From contig NC_058368.1 in assembly GCF_018350175.1 (NCBI RefSeq), forward strand, positions 93,126,001 through 93,190,000: 64,000 nt of DNA. The letters run 5' to 3'. This stretch comes from Felis catus. Taxonomy: Eukaryota. The notes under the pieces are model-generated. The model was not told the origin of the DNA, did not search any database, and saw only the letters and a program-made list of their open reading frames with translations. This document shows positions 13,413 to 26,436 of the stretch, one piece after another; the stretch's first letter is position 1; each line of letters starts with the position of its first letter. The translations under genes and the position numbers were made by a program.

Positions 13413-16400
13413 TAAGTACCATTTTTCATTCATTGTCATCCTGCTTTTTGTAACTCTGGGTCTTAATTTCCCATACTTGGTTATTCTTCTTTTGTGAGAG
13501 GGGGAAAAAAGAAAACACTGTCATGTGTGTTCCCAGAAGACATTATTTGGCAATTTAATAATTCCATAAATGAAATGCTGAGAAAATTGTCAGTTCTTTT
13601 TTGGACTCAAAAATCATCCCTTATTGGGAGCAGAGTCATTTAATATATTAATTAAAATGTCTTCTCAGTTTCTCTCTTTAGAAACCTTATTTTCAGTTGC
13701 AATTGTATATCTTAATATAACTTATTTATTCATATGGCTTGCCCTCGGATGTTTCGTTTGTATTGACTGCAAAATCTTGAAAAACATTTAATATTTTATG
13801 ATTGCTCTGGGTTTTTTTTTAAACAGGCTGCCAACATCTTTCTATGAAGGCAGTACCTACACTTGATTTAATACTTGCATTTTTAAACTAGTCTTTACTC
13901 AGGACATAGGGGATTTTCTATTTGCTGTATGTTCATTATAGATTTTATAGTGCCTTTTACAATGATTCTGACCTTACGGAGGCCACCATTATTCCATATG
14001 CTTAAGTTCTTTCATGTTATCTTGTTTCTATGCTATGTATAACTATCATAGACTTTGAAAAGACAAATGTCTATGTAGTAAGTATCAATAATGACTTGAA
14101 AGCCACCAGCTCTTTCTCCCCCAGGCTGGCAGCATCCTTACCGTAAGTACATTCATGTGGGCATCAGTCTCGAGGCTGTGCAGCCTTGCTCTTAACTCAG
14201 TGGCATTTCTGTATGGGGAAGAGCAGCTCAGTCACATGCGTGGGTCAGAAACGTGGCTTTTCTCATGCAGCCTACCAGGGCAATCACAGAATGGTGGGTA
14301 AACGCTAGGTGTCTGGATTACACAGTAAGGTGGGTCTTCTCAGAGCTGCCTAGCACAGCAGACCGGAAAAGCTCTGAAGCTGGAGTTTTTATTTTGTATA
14401 TTTAGGTAGTTCATAGGTACTGTATCACACTTCACATTCTATGGGAAATCACTAAGCATTCAAATGGTACCCTTTGACCTCTCCCTCTGACTATGTTTTT
14501 TGAATAACTATCGCTGGAAATGTGGACTGCGTCTAGAAATTGCTGCCTGCCTTAATGAGAATCAAATCCAGGCACCCTGAGATCTACAAGAGAGGGAGAT
14601 TCTGCATGGATGGTAGAGTGGCCAGCCCTCCTGGCCACTCAGAGCTATTCAGTCATGATCTTGCCACTACCAGCACCAAAGCGACATCATTTCACCTTTA
14701 GTTCTGTGACCTCACACCGGGCTCACAACTGTGCTTTCTGTCCCTTGTAAGGAAAGGCTAGAATCTTAAGGTAACACTCTTTCAAAGTGTGGGAAATTAT
14801 AAAAGCGAAACACAGAGGAACACGTAGGAGATCTGGCTCACACAGGGAGCTGCTTTGCTGAAGCTCATGGCCACCTTTATAACCAAATACCCACCCTGTG
14901 GAGCCTCCACATCTTTATTCCTTCAAGTTTAGATCTCAGAGAGCGAGTCCCCTAAGGGATGCTGGGCCTTCACTTCTGAGGCCAGGCCTCTCCCTCCAGG
15001 GCCACCAGACATAGCCCTCCTGGCACAGAGGGCATTCCGACACACCCACAACCATATAGGAACCTAACATTCATAGAAGAAGTATACACGGTATAATGTG
15101 TATATACTGGGAAAGCATTCTTTGTACTTTTAATGGTTTGCCACTAACCTATACTGCTCAAGTATATTAAAAAGAAAACTTACCTTTGTTGGTGTGGGCA
15201 GGTGCGGTCAGTCTATGGGTCAAGCAGCCACATACCCCATGTCCTCCGGGATCGTATTTATAACCCTTTCTATCAGAATGATGTACCTATTAAATAGATA
15301 ATGAAATGAAATTGGCCTTTGATGCCATTGGTGAGTTTTTATATCTAACAAAAACACTGGGAAAAATGCTTTGGTAGTTTCTGTAGTAATTTTGTAGCCA
15401 CATGTGAATGGTGGGTATTTATACATTTATATTTTTATTGTGAAATGCATTCATACTGAAACCTCAGGGGACAGACAGCTTAGGGATGGTCGCTGTAAGT
15501 TTTTTTTCAACTTTGTTCTAGGTTTGAAAATTTTTATAGTATGCTAGGAAAAAATATTTGGGGAAGCAAAGTTGACACATTGCCCCTAAGCAATTGTTAG
15601 ATTGCTGGAAGGTGGCCTGACCCGATTTTAAGAGTTTCAAGGCACAGCTTATGTGGGTCTTCCCAATGCTGCTTCAGGATAGAGTAACAGAGGAAACCCC
15701 TCATGAATTCTTCTGCTTCTTTGGCATTTCTCAGTCTGTTTCTTCGGTAGCAACATGAACTTCTAAAGTAGATGAGCTTCGAGCAGCTCAAATGTTCTGA
15801 ATTGTTTTTATGATATAGTCTTGGGGTTAGATTTCCATTGAGGTGGGAGGGGTACTTTGTAAAGAAAAATACAATTGGAATTTTATATGGGCTGGGTTTG
15901 GCTAGATGATTCTAATCGTGCATAATCTCTCATTTTAAGTTAGTGATACAGGAAAGCACACAGGGCTCGATTCTTAAGGGCAAGGCTCCCACTGCCTCCC
16001 ATTCAGACACAGTGAGACCATCAGCCTGGGTGAAATGGCATCGGGTGAAATCAGACCTTGCTGCTTGAGGGAGAAATTACAAACTCATTTGATAGAGCTC
16101 TCTCCCTGGCCTCTCCCATCCTCCCGTTTGACCTGAGAGCTTTTCCAGAGCTCTGTCTGGACTCCCCTCTTTTCCAAACTTCACAGCCTCTCTCCCTGAC
16201 ACGTGGCCTCCCTCGTCTCTGGTGGATGCCTGCTTCTCCAGGCTTGTGTCCTCTGTTTCACTAACGGATCTGTCTTTTTAGATCATCACTCAATGCCTTG
16301 AAGCATTCTGTTCCTAAATACCTTTGAATACTTTTTCTGGTATCAACTTTAACCTTAAAGCTCATCACTCTTCTATCTCAACCATAGACTCAGCAGTCGA

Positions 16401-16934
16401 CATGAACTTGTCTCAGAGCCGAGAAATTCAATACACAATTTCTCTGAGTTTCGGATGACCCACCTGTCAGAAAACCAGGCTTCTAAGAAGCCCCAACTCG
16501 GAAGAGATGGACGCCATCCAAAAAACACCACCAACATTATAATCATCCTACTATGTAGAACACTGTCCTTTTAACCCCATGACATTCATATTAGGTCAAA
16601 ACGGTTCCTACAGTTTACTTGGACATCGTGTATCAAAGAGGCCGTGATGACTTCCTAGAGGGTCTTCCTTCTGAACCTTGTTCTGGAGGAAGCGCTGTAT
16701 TTCAGGGGCGGGACGGAGGGGGGAGTCTCAGCAATGAAGGATGATACCATAAGCGAACCGTGTTTTTCTTTGATCACCATGCCAAGATCCTACAGAGCCT
16801 TAACAGGATCTCTCAGCTAATGAATCGAGCCCCCTGTGCACAACTGAACACCACACTGTGTTACTCTGTTCTGGAATATTTTACAGTTTTCTTTTCTTTT
16901 GTTTTGTCTTTTTATTTCAACAAAATGAAAATAG

Positions 16935-16943
16935 AGCTCGGAA
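16935..16943 (+). CDS. KCNN2: KCNN2 alternative 9-nt microexon (ARK insert, SK2-b/SK2-ARK type)
   Basis: Long pyrimidine tract then aaaatag|AGCTCGGAA|gtaagt. Spliced in, it reads CA-A GCT CGG AA-A TTA = Q-A-R-K-L, matching the known ARK splice insert of SK2. Confidence 0.9.
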
Positions 16944-16993
16944 GTAAGTTGTGTGAGCCGCTCCTCTCGACATTTGCAGAATTTTCTACCGGC

Positions 16994-17186
16994 TGCATGC
17001 ATCCAAGCGGGTCCTTTCTTTGTGAATTTCAGTAGTCTGATTGCTGCTATGGAAATGTGATCCAAAATCATGATACTTTCCTGTGATAAGTGAAGTTCAC
17101 AAGGAAGAAGTCAACATACGTTCCTTATTCTTCTTTTTTTTGTGGGGGGCGGGGGGGGGGGGTAGAAAGTAAAATACACATGCATG
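16994..17186 (+). promoter_or_regulatory. Candidate RBFOX (TGCATG) splicing elements downstream of the microexon
   Basis: TGCATG at 16994-16999 and 17181-17186, with another at 17724-17729. Confidence 0.55.
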
Positions 17187-19695
17187 TTACCTTTTATTCT
17201 GGCAGCTGCAGCTTTAAGTAGGCTTTTTCTACCAGTTCTAGGATACAGTCTCAAGAACAGCAAGGCAAGATGATTTAAGTTCAAGGAGCTTAAAGGGATT
17301 CTGATTCAATAGGGGGCTACCCTATGTCAGCTTTCCAGATTAGTGGAAAAAAAAACAACTGGGCAAAATTCTACTGTCAGAAACATAATATATGGTAATT
17401 CAAGAGCAGAGTACCCACCTCAGCTAAGGGACACACACTGGCCCTTTCACTGGGCTTGCCAACCTCAGGGTCTTGCCTGCACTCCCAAGTGGTTGGAGGC
17501 TTCTGATCTGGTTCCCCAGACTTGAGTCATTCATGTGTGAAGGGTCCCATTCCTTGAACTTGAAAATAAAGCTTGGTGTAAATCATTATCACAAAATGGC
17601 TAACCCAACAAAAACAAAAATGAAACAAAAACAAAAAGCCACTCCTGCTCCCAGCAAAGAGAAGGAGAGGTTGCATCCACCAACATTTGAAACACTGGTG
17701 TTGAATTCTAGCCACGGAACTGCTGCATGCAGGAAGCGCTCAGCTGAAATCCTGCTCTCTTTTCAAAAAGGAGAGAAGAGCAGGTGTTGGGAGATAAAAA
17801 CAGGAGAGGACCAGCCTGAGACATTTTTCTTGTAATAATCAAGAATTGGAAGAGGATAAAAGGGAGTAACTGTCTCTCCATCTGGTTTAGTATTTAATGT
17901 CTTCTGGTTTGAGTATCACATAGCCACCTCGAACACCTCTGTCGGTACAAATACAGCACTTTAGAAATACCATCCTATCCTAACCCACTTCATTTCATAC
18001 ATTAAGAAACTGAAGGTCAAATAGGGCCAGGGAGAAGGGAGTCCACATCTGACACTGTTGTTCTCTCTAGTACATTTCTGTAAAATGACCTCACACATGT
18101 TTAAAGGGTTGTTTTTTGTTTTTTGCAGGGGGGAGAGGGGTGGAAGGGGACTTGTTTTTAAAAGGTGTACATCAAGAATTGTAACCCTTGTGAGTACTTA
18201 GAGAAGCCTATCTCAACAACATGTTAGATTTGAATACCTGTTTGTAAATTCCTTTTACACTTACACCCAGTCCATCTCTAGAATAGTGTAGAAAAGAGCC
18301 AATTAACTTACTTCCAAGCATTCTAATAGGGAAACACAGACTCGCAACGGCAAGTGATAACCTTAAGCTGTTTTACATTGTTAAATATCATGTTATAGGC
18401 AGGTGTCAGTTAAACCCATACTGGCAGAAGGAAGTCTGTCTTCACTGTCAAGCAGACTTGGTGACATATTGCATAGCGTAGTTTCAAAACAAAATCACTG
18501 CGCACTACTGAACATTTGTTGTAAAAATCTCCCTGGCAGTAAAATCTTGCCCTGTGAATTTTTGATCCTTTTTTTTGTAACTACCTTTCATTGAAATTGG
18601 GAAATTATAAAGATTACTCTCTCCAACATCGACACTATACTCTGTAAATGACATGTCATTTACAGGTAATAAGGTTAGCATGGATTTTGTTTTTTGTTTT
18701 TTTGTTTTTAAACTAAGTACCCAAGAGAAATGTGCTTCTCATTTGGAGCATGGCTCGGATTGTTGGCTTAAAGAACAAACAACCCCTTTTCTCCTGTTGG
18801 AAAATCTTAATTTCTTGGTAGGGAGTAAGCACCCAATAAATACGTTTTCAAAAATATTATAGTAAATAAAGTAAGGACTAGTAAAAGTCATCCTTAAGAA
18901 AGATTTTTTTTTTTAACAGCAGTGTTTTGACTGTCAATCAGATATATGCACTGATATTTAAAAGCATCTAAAAGTAAGTTTACAACCAGAAACCCCATCT
19001 GTCAGACATTTTAATTGTCCGCTGACTTTTATCTACAAGAAAAAAATTAAGGGAAATTCTCCCAAGGAAATGGCCTGGCTTCCCTTCAAATTCGATGGCA
19101 GTTTAAGATAAAAGTCGAGCAAAACACAATGAAGAATAAGAGACTTATGTGTTTTGGGTTCTCTTGCTGCTGGTTGAATAAAAGTCTTATTTTTGCTACT
19201 AAGAATCTCACTTATCACTGTGTTTTCATCAGGTTCAAATACCTAACCCAATCCATCTCAAACTGAACAGGGCTATCCTGTGTATCTAGTCATGTAGGCA
19301 TAGGAAGGTGCTCACTGCTCCAACATTGATGAAAGTCTAGTCGCTTTGCCTATTTCTTCCTATGTCTATTTGAAATGATACTGGGATTTTAAGGAATGTT
19401 TTGGCTTTTCTCATATGGTTAAGTCCTTATGAGCCTCTCTCCCGATTCAACTTTTAACTCCCTGGTAAATAGTTGTCCTAAGGACACCTCATCTCTTACT
19501 CTCCTCTCTCTCTCTCTCCTTTCCTTTTTGCGGTGTTGGGGAAGCATGCTTCTCATTGTTCCAGATACATAACCAGTTTGAACTTGACCCCCAAATGTTC
19601 AAGGCATTATCCATGCAGTTATTTGCTCTTGTCGATTTTATGCATGCTCTTTGGAAGGCGTTATGACAGCAGTAGACAGGAAGGAACCCTTCTGA

Positions 19696-19965
<270 letters not shown>

Positions 19966-20412
19966 TAAATTATTCAAACCCCATTCTAAAAGCCTTCCTA
20001 CTTACAGTGACTTGAAAGTACCGTGGAAAATGTACATGGAATATGAGACAATACCATTGGGTTTCATATTTGTCCTTCAGTCTCCTCCCTCTGAGAGGAG
20101 AACTGCATCCTGGGTTTGACCATGACCTTCAGGGCTCCATAGGACTCATTGATAAAATTATTGTTTTTTATTTACTTTTAAGCCAACTCAGAAGACTGTG
20201 AAATAGTTTTCTAAGAACATGGACATCATCTTTTAAAAAAAAGGAATCAGTTTTCATAATTTATGATTCTTTTTTCATTATTTAAAAAATCATACTACTT
20301 TTTAAAAGGACATTAATAGTTCCCAGATTCCTCTTTCACACTTATAAGATTTATCTGGTTGATTTTTGGTTGTCCCTTTCAAGTAAATTCCACTTTAAAA
20401 GTATGAATATTT

Positions 20413-20609
20413 AGGGCTGTCTGGGTGGCTCAGTCAGTTAAGCATCCGACCCTTGATTTCAGCTCAGGTCATGATCCCAAGGTTCATGGGATCAAGTCCT
20501 GCGTTGGGCTCCACACTAAGCACGGAGCCTGCTTAAGATGTTCTCTCACGTGTGTTCTCTTTCTCCCTCTGCCCCTCCCCCGCTCACACTCTTTCTCAAA
20601 ATAAACATT
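20413..20609 (+). mobile_element. CAN SINE (host of a nested SINE)
   Basis: Body seen. TSD tatga(a/g)tattt near 20402 and 20860. Confidence 0.93.
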
Positions 20610-20621
20610 TAAACAAATATT

Positions 20622-20836
20622 TTTAATTTGTTTTAATGTTTTATTTATTTTTCAGAAAGGGAGAGACAGCAAGTGAGCAGGGGAGGGGCAGAGAGAGGGA
20701 GACACAGAATCTGAAGCAGGCTCCAGGCTCTCAGCTGTCAGCACAGAGCCCGATGCGGGGCTCGAACCCACAAACCATGAGATCATGCCCTGAGATGAAG
20801 TCAGACACTTAACTGACTGAGCCACTCAGGCTCCCC
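20622..20836 (-). mobile_element. CAN SINE inserted in the tail of the preceding SINE
   Basis: TSD taaaca(a/g)atat at 20610 and 20837. Confidence 0.94.
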
Positions 20837-20960
20837 TAAACAGATATATTTTTTTTAAATATGAGTATTTGTCATCAGTGACCTTCCATTTTCCTGAGCT
20901 AGGTCCAAAAGAGGTAATAGCATATATGGAAGTTTTTAGCCTTTTAACACAAATGCTTTT

Positions 20961-21180
20961 TAAAACTTTTTTTTTAACATTTATTTCTGAGAAACAGAGA
21001 GAGACAGAGCATGAGCAGGGGAGGGGCAGAGAGAGACAGAGGGAGACACAGAATCTGAAGCAGGCTCCAGGCTCTGAGCTGTCAGCACAGAGCCCGATGC
21101 GGGGCTCGAACTCACAAACCGTGAGATCATGACCTGAGCTGAAGTCGGACGCTTAACTGATCAAGCCACCCAGGGGCCCC
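20961..21180 (-). mobile_element. CAN SINE
   Basis: TSD ttaaca(a)caaatgctttt. Confidence 0.96.
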
Positions 21181-21391
21181 TTAACAACAAATGCTTTTAA
21201 AGGGGCCTCTCTCAATACATTTTGTTGTTTGTTCGATAAATCAGCTATGTTCTTTATAAAGCTTCCAATATCATCTATGAAAATCACACCTCTTTGTCCT
21301 AGTCTCATAAAATAACACAAGTAAATCATATTCATTTTCATGTATATCAATAACATACTATATAAACATGTAAATGTTGAATATGTGATGC

Positions 21392-21607
21392 TTTTTAAAA
21401 AAATGTTTCTTTACTTTTGAGAGTGAGAGACACACACACAGAGCATGAGAAGGAGAGGGGCAGAGAGAGGAAACACAGAACTCAAAGCAGGCTCTAGGCT
21501 CTGAGCTGTCAGCACAGAGCCCGACACGGGGCTCAAACTCATGAACTGTGAGATCATGGCTTGAGCCAAAGTCGGATGTTTAACCGAATAAGCCACCCAG
21601 GTGCACC
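21392..21607 (-). mobile_element. CAN SINE
   Basis: TSD tgaatat(g/t)tgatg. Confidence 0.95.
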
Positions 21608-22185
21608 TGAATATTTGATGTCTTATGAATAGAAGATAGTGACATCCTCAACAACTTACCTATAGGACAGCATACATATATCATACATTTAAGGTGGGTA
21701 GCACATGTGAGACTGAAAGATGTTCTCGATTAATATTTACAAACGTGGCTCTCCCGTAGACACACCTTGAACAAAGATGGGGCAGACTCTTACATCACTG
21801 TAAAGCCAAATGATAAAACAGACCACTTGGAAATAATATGATATAACATTTTACTAGATATATAATTGATATGATAAATATATACTGCATAATGTCATCT
21901 CAGGAATATATCTATGAGGCAAGACACTATTCCTTTCAAAGTATTTCTTTAGTGCTGTGCTTACTAATATGGCTCTAGAGCTGCCATGCCATAGGGGTTC
22001 AGTATTTTCTGAATGAATGGATGTTGTTCACATAGCCTCCAGACTAGTAAAAAATAAAGCTAATGCACTCTGTCTCCATGGCCAAACTCAAATGAGGTGC
22101 CTGTATCATGAACAGTAACTCCCTTATTCAGTTGGTTCATTTATCACCATTAAGAGGTTGTGAAGCAGCTAAGAGCACATTTTGT

Positions 22186-22412
22186 TATTTTTTTTTTTTA
22201 ATTTATTTTGAGAGCGAGAGAGAGAAAGCAAGCACAAACGGGGGGTGGGGGGAGGGGGGAGAGAATGTGAGAGAGAGAGGGAAGATCCTAAGCAGGCCCC
22301 TCGCTGGCAGCACGGAGCCCAACCTTGGGCTCCATTCCATGAACTGTGAGATCATGACCAGACCCAAAATCAAGAGTGGGACGCTTAACCGGATGAGCCA
22401 CCCAGGCGGCCC
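22186..22412 (-). mobile_element. CAN SINE
   Basis: Reverse-complement body ending about 120 nt before the terminal-exon acceptor. Confidence 0.92.
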
Positions 22413-22495
22413 TCTAGAGGGAAACAAGACAGCTTCAACAAAGGGTTGAAGAGAGCAGACAGCTCGCTTCCTGGGCAAGTGTCGTGAAACCTTGA

Positions 22496-22822
<327 letters not shown>

Positions 22823-23140
22823 AAGAGAATCAGTTAACCACAAACTAAGACTTTTTGCCATCATATGGTCAATATTTTAGCTTTTATTGTAAAGCCCCTA
22901 TGGTTCTAATCAGCGTTATCCGGGTTCTGATGTCAGAATCCTGGGAACCTGACACTAAGTTTTAGGCCAAAATGAGTGAAAACTCTTTTTTCTTTTCCTT
23001 TCAGATGCACAAGGAATGCACCTATTATCGCTCTATAGATTGTTCCTCCTGTAATTTCACTAACTTTTTATTCATGCACTTCAAACTTTACTACTACATT
23101 ATATGATATATAATAAAAAAAAAAGTTAATTTCTGCACAT
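22823..23140 (+). other. KCNN2: KCNN2 3' UTR (end approximate)
   Basis: Repeat-free AT-rich sequence from the TAG to just past the first AATAAA. The cleavage site is inferred. Confidence 0.75.
23112..23117 (+). terminator. Polyadenylation signal AATAAA
   Basis: Canonical hexamer about 290 nt after the stop, with a GT-rich stretch (ctgtttggtc) downstream. Confidence 0.75.
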
Positions 23141-23380
23141 ACCTGTTTGGTCACTTGACATTTCTAAAGGTTCACTTCCCACATTATTTGCAAGCTAAAA
23201 TGACTGGTTATTGTCTGATACGTGTTGATACCTTTGATCACCCAATGTCTGGCCGGTCAGAAGACGATTTGCCATCACTCTGTAACCTATTCGCTAACAT
23301 TTTCCCCATTATGAAACATTATAGTCACATTTCATTTGATACAGCCAGCTTATTATTCTTTTTGAGTTTACAGTGTCTCA

Positions 23381-23573
23381 TTTTTTTTAAGTTTATGTAT
23401 TTTGAGAGAGACAGGATGCAAGTGGGGGAGGGGTAGAGAGAGGGGGAGACTCTCAAACAGGTTCCACGCTGTCAGCACAGAGCCCAATGCCAGGCTGACA
23501 CTCATGAACCATGAGATCATGACCTGAGCCGAAATCAAGAGTCGGATGCTTAATTGAGCCACCCAGGCACCCC
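23381..23573 (-). mobile_element. CAN SINE
   Basis: Body seen. TSD tacagt..cattt. Confidence 0.93.
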
Positions 23574-23712
23574 TACAGTTCCATTTGTCCCTTACTAATT
23601 CTATTTGTTTCCAAATTATGTGGACGGTGGAGCGGTTATATCAAAGCATATATAGATAGATTATTGATTGATCTGGGGTGCAAAAATGCTTTCAAGAATT
23701 ATTTTTATTCCC

Positions 23713-23921
23713 GGGATGCCTGGCTGGCTTAGTGGGTTAAGTGTCCGACTTCAGCTCAGGTCATGATCTCACGGTTCGTGGGTCTGAGCCCCACATCGGG
23801 CTCTGTGCTAAAAGCTCAAAGCCTGGAGCCTGCTCTAGATTCTGTCTTCTTCTCTCTCTGCCCCTCCCCCACTCATGCTCAAAAATAAATGTTTCTGTCT
23901 CAAAAATAAATGTTAAAAAAA
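23713..23921 (+). mobile_element. CAN SINE with duplicated tail segment
   Basis: Perfect 19-bp TSD aagaattatttttattccc. ctcaaaaataaatgtt occurs twice. Confidence 0.96.
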
Positions 23922-26217
23922 AAGAATTATTTTTATTCCCAATTTACCAGGAAATTCATTTAAAGAAAGGAGCAGAGTATACCACTGTGAACTCATACCA
24001 AAGAATTTTTGCTGTCAACTAGTTATTTCATCTTTTCCCTTGTGTTTGTTTATGATGGGAGGCCCTTGATATGCTCAGTTTGGATTATACACCTGCATAT
24101 CCATATATGCATCCGTTTGCATAGTTCCTAACAGTATAATGTATATTAACGAGCCTAACTCTTAACATGTCACTTATCACCTTACAAATGGCCCTTTCTG
24201 GGTCTGTATCTCACATATTTGGTACAAAGTAAATAGCACCTAGTAAATTTCATGAATTTCATCACATCTGTTTCACGGGTGGTTTAAAGTCAGATGCAGT
24301 GAAAGGGGACGGGATAGTTAGCTGTGGCCAGCACATCTCTTCCCAGATTTACTATAAGAATTGACTGGGTTGAAGAGAACCATTGTAGAGGTGATAGCAG
24401 TGTGGAATCCCCTCATCTGGCGGTGTTCTTCAGAGCCTACAGGGAGAGCTGATAGCAGTGATAGGGGTAACACGTCACAAAAATAAGGCACAAATTGGAA
24501 AGTTCTTCAACTAATCTGCTTGGATTCATCCAAACCTAAAATTTACTCCTTCATTTTCAGAGAAATCTGCTCTTGCCCTCTCCCCCCTTTATTTTACACC
24601 ATACACCATGCCTGGTGTACCATAACCATACCAGACTGCGAGATGCTAGCATGCCAAGTATTTTTCTTCTATAACACAAAACACTAGAGTAATTGATTTC
24701 ATCACTTTTCACAGTTCAATAATTCAATCACTTTCACATTTATTCTCCATAACTGATGCAAAAATCAAACATTTCCATTCAAGATCAAGGACATAAAGGT
24801 AGGATTCCTTTAGATTGCATGAGAATTGCTTACAGTTTACTACCCATCTGAAGTGGCTGAAAAGGAAACTCATTTGCACATCTTATATATGTCCATGTAG
24901 GATGAGAACAAGACCTCATCAAGGATGAGGAAAGTCTTTTAATAGTAAGTGAGAAAGAAAAACTTCTAGAGCAGATTAAAGGAACATACTTCTGAGTTCA
25001 GTGAACTCCCAAATCCCACTTCACAGGGATGTCGATTCCAAGGACAAAATTAAAATTTTCTTTTAGGTATTCGGGGTTGTATACAAGAGTAGATCATATA
25101 TTTGTGGTAGACACTGGATGTAATAGAGAGAAATTTTGAAAAGATGATTGATTTGTTCTGGCAACTGATGCAGTTAATTCTTGTCTATTCTACCTCTATT
25201 GTGACTAAAAGGCAGAATAGCAGATAACTGTTCATTATCTTATTGACCAATTGGCACCACCATCCCAGAATATGTGACAAAAGTAGGGAAAGAATAACAT
25301 ATAGTTCCTCTTGTTGAAGAAGAGAGAAATTAGATTTTAGATTTCATTACCTTGTGTTTGTTCTCCTCTTCCTGATTAACTGCAGCTCCTATACATTGGC
25401 ATTCTTCAGTTCCCCAATTTGATCAAGTTTTTCCCATACAACAAAGTACAACAAAACCTTGGATTGTGAGTAACTTGTTCTGTGAGTATTCTGCAAGGCA
25501 AGCAAACATTTCTAATACATTTTAACTTGATAAATGAGCGATGTCTTGCAATATGAGTAGTACGTGACACCGAATGTCACATGATCACAACTGAGCCAAT
25601 GGTTCTTGAAATGTGCTTTGGCATACAAGTGCTTTGGATTATAAGCATGTTTCTGGAAGGAATTATGCTTGCAAACCAAGGTTTTACTGTGTATGAAGAC
25701 CGGTAATGATTCAACAAAAGCATATGATCTTCTGTTTGTGTATTTAAAAAAATACCAAATAACCACAATTTGGAAGAGGCAGAGAAAACCCACCCATTAC
25801 CTAGGTATTGTGGTCGATTGCTGAATGAACCCTACTTCATGCAACATCACCAAGGTCTCTTCCCACATGGCTTCAACGTGAGGCAGAATCCTCTCAGGGC
25901 TCCTCAGAGGGCTTCTCTTTTATGGGGATCTATACCTTGCTCTAATTTGCACATTGTTTTTCAAAATTTCTACCAATAATTGAGTATGTTGTTACACCTA
26001 CCAGCCTACCACCTGGTCTTCCTGTTTCTCTACAGCCAGTGCAAGAACACATGGCTACCACAAATCATTTTGAATTACCACAGCACCACCTTCCTCAGTA
26101 ATTTTCTTAATTTCTCCTACTTATACACAGTGTCACAGTCTGGCCATTACAGAGAAGATCCCATGCTCATCAAGAAATGCAGATGAACCAAGTTTATAGC
26201 AGGTAATAGATCTAGGA

Positions 26218-26436
26218 ATTTTTTTATTTTTCTAAACATTTGTTCATTTTTGAGAGAGAGTGAGCACAAACAGGGAGGGGGAGAGAGAGACACACACATA
26301 CACACAGAATCCGAAGCAGGCTCCAGGCTCTCAGCTGTCAGCACAGAGCCCGACGCAGGGCTCAAACCCACGAACCGTGAGATCATGGCCTGAGCCAAAG
26401 TCAGACGCTCCCCTGACAAAGCCACCCAGTTTCCTC
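26218..26436 (-). mobile_element. CAN SINE
   Basis: Body seen. TSD atctagga. Confidence 0.93.

Noticed and set aside
16421..16444. 8-bp AT-rich hairpin gagaaatt...aatttctc
   Set aside because: Short and low in complexity, so expected by chance.
16760..17035. 91-aa ORF spanning the microexon
   Set aside because: It is in a different frame from ARK, runs through the pyrimidine tract and has a non-ATG start.
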